48,346 bases of DNA from Nemertoderma westbladi (lineage: Eukaryota; Animalia; Xenacoelomorpha), in assembly GCA_032718475.1 (NCBI GenBank), contig JAUCBJ010009142.1, positions 1 to 48,346 of the forward strand, written 5' to 3'. The notes beneath the pieces were generated by a model. It did no database searches. It was not told where the DNA came from and saw nothing but the letters and a program-made list of their open reading frames with translations. Positions within the stretch are counted from its first letter, which is position 1. Every line of letters begins with the position of its first letter. Position numbers and translations under genes: made by a program. This document shows positions 37,107 through 48,346 of this stretch, in pieces.

Positions 37107-38376
37107 TCCACGAAGCTAAGGAAAATCAACTACTTTCGCTAAGAAAGATTTTCCTTAGCTGAGATGGTCTATTCATAGTGGGCTATTTTACTTGTATGGA
37201 GGCAGATTTAGTGTTTTTTGGTCGGGGAAAAAACTAGCCTTTAAAAGTACCCTGAAATTTTGCATGTATGTACTACTCATCGAGGCGCGTCGTGTGGGAT
37301 GGGTCTCATATTCAGGAAAAATCTGGTTTCCATGGCAACGGACTTAGAAAAAAGTCTATGTATTTCAAGTCAATATTTATAACTCTATTTGTAGGAAAAC
37401 TATAATACATATAAACTTGGGATTTCTCAACTCAACTATAAGGTCCATAGCAGAGCCGATTGAGGTTAAATAGAAATTCCAGTTACCTTGGCAACCGGGC
37501 TAAACAGATGTTAAAATTTATAAAATGTTAATTTGAAGCCTAAGGTTAATGTGTTATGTCTTGGGACCAACCCCTACCCCCACTATATGACTTATTCTGC
37601 GTCCGAATTTCATTGTTTAATTTTGCAGTTACCATGACAACCGCTGAAAACAGATGTTTTTATACAAAAATAACTCATTTGGACATAGACTTCGCGATAA
37701 AATTTTACGAAATTGGATATGTGTTATCTGGACCACTAGTTGGAACTTTTAGTAAAACCTAAAACATTCCATAAATATCTTGTTACCATGGTAACTGGAG
37801 TTTATTAAAGTCGATATCATTCAAGTCTAAATTCAATACTCTATTTGCAGCAAAATAATGTAATAAATATAAATTTGGGGTTTTGCAAGTCATCTGTAAG
37901 GTCCATATACAATCCATTCGAGGTTAATTACACAATCCAATTACCATAGCAACAAGACTAAACAGATGTTAAAATTTCTAAAATGATAATTTGAAACACA
38001 AGTTAATAGTATTATGACTTGGGACCAAGACCTACCCCCATTATATGACTTATTCTGCATCCGAATTACATTGTTCTATTTTTCAGTTTCCATGACAACC
38101 ACTGCAAACAGATGCATTATGATAGAAAATCGGTAATTTGGACATAAACTACAATATTTTCTGAAACTTGGTATGTGTTATCTGAACCACAATCTGGACT
38201 GAATCTTTTTTCAAAGGTAAAACCAACAGTTCCAGAGAATTCTAGTTTCCATGGGAATATAAGTTATTTATTGGCAAATGCTACTAAACTAGGCTAAGCA
38301 ACAAACCAAATTATGGCCCTTTGTTTAATTTTCCTTAGCTTCGTGGTTGCATTTCCTTTAGGAAATGCCTTTCTAG
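37107..38376 (+). mobile_element. Representative uninterrupted copy (1270 bp)
   Basis: 5' TC; 5' hairpin AGCTAAGGAAAATC/GATTTTCCTTAGCT; subterminal IR CCACGAAGCTAAGGAAAAT/ATTTTCCTTAGCTTCGTGG; 3' hairpin GCATTTCCT-TT-AGGAAATGC; CTAG end; internal ~458-bp repeat. Other uninterrupted copies: 34299-35564, 35836-37102, 39337-40612, 41005-42280, 42320-43588, 44712-45987, 46634-47909. Confidence 0.9.
37326..38258. promoter_or_regulatory. Seven phased RFX X-box-like motifs (pattern repeated in each full copy)
   Basis: GTTTCCATGGCAAC 37326, GTTACCTTGGCAAC 37482, GTTACCATGACAAC 37628, GTTACCATGGTAAC 37782, ATTACCATAGCAAC 37940, GTTTCCATGACAAC 38086, GTTTCCATGGGAAT 38245. Motif match only; function untested. 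Confidence 0.6.
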
Positions 38377-41300
38377 TTAATTCAGACAACTTAATATTCC
38401 GGACTTGTCATCTTAGTAGAAATTTAGGAGGATAGGATCCACGAAGCTAAGGAAAATCAACTACTTTCGCTAAGAAAGATTTTCCTTAGCTGAGATGGTC
38501 TATTCATAGTGGGCTATTTTACTTGTATGGAGGCAGATTTGTGTTTTTTTGATAGGTGAAAAAACTAGCCTTTAAAAGTACCCTGAAATTTTGCATGTAT
38601 ATACTACTCGACGAGGCGCATCTTTTGGGCCGGGTCTCATATCCAGGAAAAATCTGGTTTCCATGGCAACGGACTTCAAAAAAAGTCTATGTATTTCAAG
38701 TCAATATTTATAACTCTATTTGTAGGAAAACTATAATAGATATAAACTTGGGGTTTCGCAACACAACTATAAGGTCCATAGCAGATCCGATTGAGGCTAA
38801 ATAGAAAATCCAGTTACCTTGGCAACCGGGATAAACAGATGTTAAAATTTATAAAATGTTAATTTGAGGCCTAAGGGCAAGGTGTTATGACTTGGGACCA
38901 ACCCCTACCCCCACTATATAACTTATTCTGCATCCGAATTACATTGTTCTATTTTTCAGTTACCATGACAACCGCTGAAAACAGATGTTTTTATTCAAAA
39001 CTTATTCATTTGGACATAGACTTCACGATAAAATTTTACAAAACTGGGTATGTGTTATCTGGACCACTAGTTGGAACTTTTAGTGAAACTTAAATTATTC
39101 CAGAAATTTAGTTACCATGGTAACTGTAGTTTATTAAACTCTATATCATTCAAATCTATATTGATAACTCTATTTGTAGCAAAACTGTAATATATATAAA
39201 CTTGGGGTTTTGCAACTCATCTATAAGGTCCATATACAAGCCGTTCGAGGTTAATTAGAAAATCCAGTTACCATAGCAACAAGACTAAACAGATGTTAAA
39301 ATTTATAAAATGATAATATGAAGCACAAGTTAATAGTCCACGAAGCTAAGGAAAATCAACTACTTTCGCTAAGAAAGATTTTCCTTAGCTGAGATGGTCT
39401 ATTCATAGTGGGCTATTTTACTTGTGTGAGGCAGATTTGGGGTTTTTTGATAGGCGAAAAAACTAGCCTTTAAAAGTACCCTGAAATTTTGCATGTATAT
39501 ACTACTCGACGAGGCGCATCTTTTGGGCCGGGTCTCATATCCAGGAAAAATCTGGTTTCCATGGCAACGGACTTCAAAAAAAGTCTATGTATTTCAAGTC
39601 AATATTTATAACTCTATTTGTAGGAAAACTATAATAGATATAAACTTGGGGTTTCGCAACACAACTATAAGGTCCATAGCAGAACCGATTGAGGCTAAAT
39701 AGAAAATCCAGTTACCTTGGCAACCGGGATAAACAGATGTTAAAATTTATAAAATGTTAATTTGAAGCCTAAGGGCAAGGTGTTATGACTTGGGACCAAC
39801 CCCTACCCCCACTATATAACTTATTCTGCATCCGAATTACATTGTTCTATTTTTCAGTTACCATGACAACAGCCGAAAACATATGTTTTTATACAAAAAT
39901 TATTCATTTGGACATAGACTTCGCGATAAAATTTTACAAAACTGGGTATGTGTTATCTGCACCACTAGTTGGAACTTTTAGTGAAACTTAAATCATTCCA
40001 GAAATTTAGTTACCATGGTAACTGTAGTTTATTAAACTCTATATCATTCAAGTCTATATTGATAACTCTATTTCTAGCAAAACTGTAATATATATAAACT
40101 TGGGGTTTTGTAACTCATCTATAATTTCCATATCCATCCAAGCCGTTTGAGGTTAATTAGAAAGTACAGTTACCATAGCAACAAGACTAAACAGATGTTA
40201 CTATTTATAAAATGATAATTTGAAGCACAAGTTAATAGTATTATGACTTGGGACCAAGACCTACCCCCACTATATGACTTATTCTGCATCCGAATTACAT
40301 TATTATATTTTTCAGTTTCCATGACAACCACTGCAAACAGATGCATTTTGATAGAAAATCGGTAATTTGGACATAAACTACAATATTTTCTGAAACTCGG
40401 TATATGTGTTATAATCTGAACCACAATCTGGACTGAATCTTTTTTCAAAGGTAAAACCCACAGTTCCAGAGAACTCTAGTTTCCATGGGAATAGACGTAA
40501 ATTATTGGCAATTGCTACTAAACTAGGCTATAAGCAACGAACCAAAGTGTGGCCGTTTGTTTAATTTTCCTTAGCTTCGTGGTTGCATTTCCTTTAGGAA
40601 ATGCCTTTCTCGTATTATGACTTGGGATTAACCCCTACCCCCACTATATGACTTATTCTGCATCCGAATTACATTGTTCTATTTTTCAGTTTCCATGACA
40701 ACCACTGCAAACAGATGCATTTTGATAGAAAATCTGTAATTTGGACATAAACTACAATATTTTCTGAAACTCGATATGTGTTATCTGAACCACAATCTGG
40801 ACTGAATCTTTTTTCAAAGGTAAAACCAACAGTTCCAGAGAACTCTAGTTTCCATGGGAATAGAAGTTATTTATTGGCAAATGCTACTAAACTAGGCTAA
40901 GCAACGAACCAAATTGTGGCCGTTTGTTTAATTTTCCTTAGCTTCGTGGTTGCATTTCCTTTAGGAAATGCCTTTCTAGTAAGTTAATATGGCGGACTCA
41001 TTTATCCACGAAGCTAAGGAAAATCAACTACTTTCGCTAAGAAAGATTTTCCTTAGCTGAGATGGTCTATTCATAGTGGGCTATTTTACTTGTGTGAGGC
41101 AGATTTGGGGTTTTTTGATAGGCGAAAAAACTAGCCTTTAAAAGTACCCTGAAATTTTGCATGTATATACTACTCGGCGAGGCGCATCTTTTGGGCCGGG
41201 TCTCATATCCAGGAAAAATCTGGTTTCCATGGCAACGGACTTCAAAAAAAGTCTATGTATTTCAAGTCAATATTTATAACTCTATTTGTAGGAAAACTAT

Positions 41301-44300
41301 AATAGATTTAAACTTGGGGTTTTGCAACACAACTATAAGGTCCATAGCAGATCCGATTGAGGCTAAATAGAAAATCCAGTTACCTTGGCAACCGAGATAA
41401 ACAGATGTTAAAATTTATAAAATGTTAATTTGAGGCCTAAGGGCAAGGTGTTATGACTTGGGACCAACCCCTACCCCCACTATATAACTTATTCTGCATC
41501 CGAATTACATTGTTCTATTTTTCAGTTACCATGACAACAGCCGAAAACAGATGTTTTTATACAAAAATTATTCATTTGGACATAGACTTCGCGATAAAAT
41601 TTTACAAAACTGGGTATGTGTTATCTGCACCACTAGTTGGAACTTTTAGTGAAACTTAAATCATTCCAGAAATTTAGTTACCATGGTAACTGTAGTTTAT
41701 TAAACTCTATATCATTCAAGTCTATATTGATAACTCTATTTCTAGCAAAACTGTAATATATATAAACTTGGGGTTTTGTAACTCATCTATAATTTCCATA
41801 TCCATCCAAGCCGTTTGAGGTTAATTAGAAAGTACAGTTACCATAGCAACAAGACTAAACAGATGTTACTATTTATAAAATGATAATTTGAAGCACAAGT
41901 TAATAGTATTATGACTTGGGACCAAGACCTACCCCCACTATATGACTTATTCTGCATCCGAATTACATTATTATATTTTTCAGTTTCCATGACAACCACT
42001 GCAAACAGATGCATTTTGATAGAAAATCGGTAATTTGGACATAAACTACAATATTTTCTGAAACTCGGTATATGTGTTATAATCTGAACCACAATCTGGA
42101 CTGAATCTTTTTTCAAAGGTAAAACCCACAGTTCCAGAGAACTCTAGTTTCCATGGGAATAGAAGTAAATTATTGGCAATTGCTACTAAACTAGGCTATA
42201 AGCAACGAACCAAAGTGTGGCCGTTTGTTTAATTTTCCTTAGCTTCGTGGTTGCATTTCCTTTAGGAAATGCCTTTCTAGTAGCAAAGAAAGGATAAGTT
42301 AATATGGCGGACTCATTTATCCACGAAGCTAAGGAAAATCAACTACTTTCGCTAAGAAAGATTTTCCTTAGCTGAGATGGTCTATTCATAGTGGGCTATT
42401 TTACTTGTGTGAGGCAGATTTGGTTTTTTTTGATAGGTGAAAAAACTAGCCTTTAAAAGTACCCTGAAATTTTGCATGTATATACTACTCGACGAGGCGC
42501 ATCTTTTGGGCCGGGTCTCATATCCAGGAAAAATCTGGTTTCCATGGCAACGGACTTCAAAAAAAGTCTATGTATTTCAAGTCAATATTTATAACTCTAT
42601 TTGTAGGAAAACTATAATAGATATAAACTTGGGGTTTCTCAACTCAACTATAAGGTCCATAGCAGAGCCGATTGAAGTTAAATAGAAAATCCAGTTACCT
42701 TGGCAACCAGGCTAAACAGATGTTAAAATTTATAAAATGTTAATTTGAAGCCTAAGGTTAAGGTGTTATTACTTGGGACCAACCCCTACCCCCACTATAT
42801 AAATTATTCTGCGTCCGAATTTGATTGTTCTATTTTGCAGTTACCATGACAACCGCTGAAAACAGATGTTTTTATGCAAAAATTACTCATTTGGACATAG
42901 ACTTCATGATAAAATTTTATGAAACTGGGTATGTGTTATCTGGACCACTAGTTGGGACTTTTGGTGAAACTGAAAACATTCCAGAAATATCTAGTTACCA
43001 TGGTGACTGGAGTTTATTAAAGTCTATATCATTCAAGTCTAAATTCAATACTCTATTTGTAGCAAAATAATGTAATATATATAAATTTGGGGTTTTGCAA
43101 CACATCTATAAGGTCCATCCATATACAAGCCGTTCCACGTTAATTACACAATCCAGTTACCATAGTAACAAGACTAAACAGATGTTAAAATTTATAAAAT
43201 TATAATTATTGAAGCACAAGTTAATAGTATTATGACTTGGGACCAAGACCTACCCCCATTATATGACTGCATCCGAATTACATTGTTCTATTTTTCAGTT
43301 TCCATGACAACCACTGCAAACAGTTGCATTTTAATAGAAAATCGGTAATTTGGACATAAACTACAATATTTTCTGAAACTTGGTATGTGTTGTCTGAACC
43401 ACAATCTTTACTGAATCTTTTTTCAAAGGTAAAACCAACAGTTCCAGAGAACTCTAGTTTCCATGGGAATATAAGTTAATTATTGGCAAATGCTACTAAA
43501 CGAGGCTAAGCAACGAACCAAAGTGTGGCCGTTTGTTTAATTTTCCTTAGCTTCGTGGTTGCATTTCCTTTAGGAAATGCCTTTCTAGTAGCAAAGAAAG
43601 GATAAGTTAATATGGCGGACTCATTTATAGCAAAGAAAGGATCCACGAAGCTAAGGAAAATCAACTACTTTCGCTAAGAAAGATTTTCCTTAGCTGAGAT
43701 GGTCTATTCATAGTGGGCTATTTTACTTGTGTGAGGCAGATTTGGGGTTTTTTGATAGGCGAAAAAACTAGCCTTTAAAAGTACCCTGAAATTTTGCATG
43801 TATATACTACTCGACGAGGCGCATCTTTTGGGCCGGGTCTCATATCCAGGAAAAATCTGGTTTCCATGGCAACGGACTTCAAAAAAAGTCTATGTATTTC
43901 AAGTCAATATTTATAACTCTATTTGTAGGAAAACTATAATAGATATAAACTTGGGGTTTCGCAACACAACTATAAGGTCCATAGCAGATCCGATTGAGGC
44001 TAAATAGAAAATCCAGTTACCTTGGCAACCGGGATAAACAGATGTTAAAATTTATAAAATGTTAATTTGAAGCCTAAGGGCAAGGTGTTATGACTTGGGA
44101 CCAACCCCTACCCCCACTATATAACTTATTCTGCATCCGAATTACATTGTTCTATTTTTCAGTTACCATGACAACCGCTGAAAACAGATGTTTTTATTCA
44201 AAACTTATTCATTTGGACATAGACTTCACGATAAAATTTTACAAAACTGGGTATGTGTTATCTGGACCACTAGTTGGAACTTTTAGTGAAACTCAAAACA

Positions 44301-47300
44301 TTCCAGAAATATCTAGTTACCGTGGTAACTGGAGTTTATTACAGATTATATCATTCAAGTCTATATTCATAACTCTATTTGTAGAAAAACCGCAATAGAT
44401 ATAAACTTGGGGTTTCTCAACTCAACTATAAGGTTCATATCCAAGCCGTTCGAGGTTAATTAGAAATTCCAGTCACCATAGCAACAAGACTAAACAGATA
44501 TTAAAATTTATAAAATGATAATTTGAAGCACAAGTTAATAGTATTATGACTTGGGACCAACACCTACCCCCACTATATGACTTATTCTGCATCCGAATTA
44601 CATTGTTCTATTTTTCAGTTTCCATGACAACCACTACAAACAGATGCATTTTGATAGAAAATCGGTAATTTGGACATAAACTACAATATTTTCTAAAACT
44701 CAGTACATGTGTCCACGAAGCTAAGGAAAATCAACTACTTTCGCTAAGAAAGATTTTCCTTAGCTGAGATGGTCTATTCATAGTGGGCTATTTTACTTGT
44801 GTGAGGCAGATTTGGGGTTTTTTGATAGGCGAAAAAACTAGCCTTTAAAAGTACCCTGAAATTTTGCATGTATATACTACTCGGCGAGGCGCATCTTTTG
44901 GGCCGGGTCTCATATCCAGGAAAAATCTGGTTTCCATGGCAACGGACTTCAAAAAAAGTCTATGTATTTCAAGTCAATATTTATAACTCTATTTGTAGGA
45001 AAACTATAATAGATTTAAACTTGGGGTTTTGCAACACAACTATAAGGTCCATAGCAGATCCGATTGAGGCTAAATAGAAAATCCAGTTACGTTGGCAACC
45101 GGGATAAACAGATGTTAAAATTTATAAAATGATAATTTGAGGCCTAAGGGCAAGGTGTTATGACTTGAGACCAACCCCTACCCCCACTATATAACTTATT
45201 CTGCATCCGAATTACATTGTTCTATTTTTCAGTTACCATGACAACAGCCGAAAACAGATGTTTTTATACAAAAATTATTCATTTGGACATAGACTTCGCG
45301 ATAAAATTTTACAAAACTGGGTATGTGTTATCTGCACCACTAGTTGGAACTTTTAGTGAAACTTAAATCATTCCAGAAATTTAGTTACCATGGTAACTGT
45401 AGTTTATTAAACTCTATATCATTCAAGTCTATATTGATAACTCTATTTCTAGCAAAACTGTAATATATATAAACTTGGGGTTTTGTAACTCATCTATAAT
45501 TTCCATATCCATCCAAGCCGTTTGAGGTTAATTAGAAAGTACAGTTACCATAGCAACAAGACTAAACAGATGTTACTATTTATAAAATGATAATTTGAAG
45601 CACAAGTTAATAGTATTATGACTTGGGACCAAGACCTACCCCCACTATATGACTTATTCTGCATCCGAATTACATTATTATATTTTTCAGTTTCCATGAC
45701 AACCACTGCAAACAGATGCATTTTGATAGAAAATCGGTAATTTGGACATAAACTACAATATTTTCTGAAACTCGGTATATGTGTTATAATCTGAACCACA
45801 ATCTGGACTGAATCTTTTTTCAAAGGTAAAACCCACAGTTCCAGAGAACTCTAGTTTCCATGGGAATAGACGTAAATTATTGGCAATTGCTACTAAACTA
45901 GGCTATAAGCAACGAACCAAAGTGTGGCCGTTTGTTTAATTTTCCTTAGCTTCGTGGTTGCATTTCCTTTAGGAAATGCCTTTCTCGTTATCTGAACCAC
46001 AATCTGTACTGAATTTTTTTTCAAAGGTTAAAGCAACAGTTCCAGCGAACTCTAGTTTCCATGGGAATAGAAGTTAATTATTGACAATTGCTACTAAACG
46101 AGGCTAAGCAAGCAACGAACCAAAGTGTGGCCGTTTGTTTAATTTTCCTTAGCTTCGTGGTTGCATTTCCTTTAGGAAATGCCTTTCTCGTAAGTTAATA
46201 TGCCGGACTCATTTATCCACGAAGCTAAGGAAAATCAACTACTTTCGCTAAGAAAGATTTTCCTTAGCTGAGATGGTCTATTCATAGTGGGCTATTTTAC
46301 TTGTATGGAGCAGATTTGGGGTTTTTTGACCGGTGAAAAAACTAGCCTTTAAAAGTACCCTGAAATTTTGCATGTATATACTACTCGACAAGGCGCATCT
46401 TTTGGGCCGGGTCTCATATCCAGGAAAAATCTGGTTTCCATGGCAACGGACTTCAAAAAAAGTCTATGTATTTCAAGTCAATATTTATAACTCTATTTGT
46501 AGGAAAACTATAATAGATATAAACTTGGGGTTTCGCAACACAACTATAAGGTCCATAGTAGATCCGATTGAGGCTAAATAGAAAATCCAGTTACCTTGGC
46601 AACCGGGATAAACATGTTAAAATTTATAAAATGTCCACGAAGCTAAGGAAAATCAACTACTTTCGCTAAGAAAGATTTTCCTTAGCTGAGATGGTCTATT
46701 CATAGTGGGCTATTTTACTTGTGTGAGGCAGATTTGGGGTTTTTTGATAGGCGAAAAAACTAGCCTTTAAAAGTACCCTGAAATTTTGCATGTATATACT
46801 ACTCGGCGAGGCGCATCTTTTGGGCCGGGTCTCATATCCAGGAAAAATCTGGTTTCCATGGCAACGGACTTCAAAAAAAGTCTATGTATTTCAAGTCAAT
46901 ATTTATAACTCTATTTGTAGGAAAACTATAATAGATTTAAACTTGGGGTTTTGCAACACAACTATAAGGTCCATAGCAGATCCGATTGAGGCTAAATAGA
47001 AAATCCAGTTACCTTGGCAACCGAGATAAACAGATGTTAAAATTTATAAAATGTTAATTTGAGGCCTAAGGGCAAGGTGTTATGACTTGGGACCAACCCC
47101 TACCCCCACTATATAACTTATTCTGCATCCGAATTACATTGTTCTATTTTTCAGTTACCATGACAACAGCCGAAAACAGATGTTTTTATACAAAAATTAT
47201 TCATTTGGACATAGACTTCGCGATAAAATTTTACAAAACTGGGTATGTGTTATCTGCACCACTAGTTGGAACTTTTAGTGAAACTTAAATCATTCCAGAA

Positions 47301-48346
47301 ATTTAGTTACCATGGTAACTGTAGTTTATTAAACTCTATATCATTCAAGTCTATATTGATAACTCTATTTCTAGCAAAACTGTAATATATATAAACTTGG
47401 GGTTTTGTAACTCATCTATAATTTCCATATCCATCCAAGCCGTTTGAGGTTAATTAGAAAGTACAGTTACCATAGCAACAAGACTAAACAGATGTTACTA
47501 TTTATAAAATGATAATTTGAAGCACAAGTTAATAGTATTATGACTTGGGACCAAGACCTACCCCCACTATATGACTTATTCTGCATCCGAATTACATTAT
47601 TATATTTTTCAGTTTCCATGACAACCACTGCAAACAGATGCATTTTGATAGAAAATCGGTAATTTGGACATAAACTACAATATTTTCTGAAACTCGGTAT
47701 ATGTGTTATAATCTGAACCACAATCTGGACTGAATCTTTTTTCAAAGGTAAAACCCACAGTTCCAGAGAACTCTAGTTTCCATGGGAATAGAAGTAAATT
47801 ATTGGCAATTGCTACTAAACTAGGCTATAAGCAACGAACCAAAGTGTGGCCGTTTGTTTAATTTTCCTTAGCTTCGTGGTTGCATTTCCTTTAGGAAATG
47901 CCTTTCTCGTTAATTTGAGGCCTAAGGTCAAGGTGTTATGACTTGGGACCAACCCCTACCCCCACTATATAACTTATTCTGCATCTGAATTACATTGTTC
48001 TATTTTTCAATTACCATGACAACCGCTGAAAACAGATGTTTTTATTCAAAACTTATTCATTTGGACATAGACTTCACGATAAAATTTTACAAAACTGGGT
48101 ATGTGTTATCTGGACCACTAGTTGGAACTTTTAGTGAAACTTAAATTATTCCAGAAATTTAGTTACCATGGTAACTGTAGTTTATTAAACTCTATATCAT
48201 TCAAATCTATATTGATAACTCTATTTGTAGCAAAACTGTAATATCCACGAAGCTAAGGAAAATCAACTACTTTCGCTAAGAAAGATTTTCCTTAGCTGAG
48301 ATGGTCTATTCATAGTGGGCTATTTTACTTGTGTGAGGCAGATTTG

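Larger units (their letters stand above)
33231..48346 (+). mobile_element. Cluster of at least 13 co-oriented ~1.27-kb non-autonomous Helitron/Helentron-like elements
   Basis: Starts TCCACGAAGCTAAGG at 33231, 34299, 35836, 37107, 38438, 39337, 41005, 42320, 43642, 44712, 46216, 46634, 48244. Ends are hairpin + CTAG/CTCG/CTAA. No TSDs and no credible coding capacity. Confidence 0.88.

Noticed and set aside
35768-38437. Spacers as captured foreign DNA or 3' transductions
   Set aside because: The first spacer continues the flanking LINE reading frame exactly, favouring pre-existing target DNA. This is less certain for the 61-bp spacer.
33679-47745. Recurrent 68-102 aa ORFs (MKKLAFK..., MTWDQPL..., MKKDSVQ...)
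   Set aside because: They recur only because the DNA is repeated; stops vary between copies and no Rep/helicase motifs are present.
33231-48346. CRISPR-like or integron-like repeat-spacer array
   Set aside because: Repeats are ~1.27-kb elements, the spacers read as interrupted host sequence, there are no cas or integrase genes and the context is eukaryotic.

Overview
Repeat-dense eukaryotic (probably invertebrate animal) DNA, almost entirely layered transposons around one host-like gene. Left to right: (1) a decayed minus-strand BEL/Pao LTR retrotransposon (1-8661, 5' LTR 8089-8661) inserted in an IS3EU-like DDE transposase remnant, which also carries a 5'-truncated RTE LINE with a 10-bp TSD; (2) a 22-bp minisatellite, a duplicated LTR+flank block and a paralogous gag fragment; (3) YqaJ-like and LINE fragments; (4) the last exon of a fibrinogen-related gene with a 21-bp-repeat coiled-coil stalk; (5) a CR1/L2-type LINE split by a 12.7-kb BEL element (two LTRs, GTTGT TSD, gag-protease but no RT/integrase, unknown 3' ORF remnants), by a CRE-like LINE fragment and by the array in (6); (6) 33231-48346, which looks like a satellite but resolves into at least 13 co-oriented copies of a ~1.27-kb non-autonomous Helitron/Helentron-like element. 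Eight copies sit within only ~275 bp of host DNA and five are nested inside other copies. Each copy carries seven RFX X-box-like palindromes at ~153-bp spacing. All family assignments are by motif recognition and all alignments were made by eye; no database search was run.
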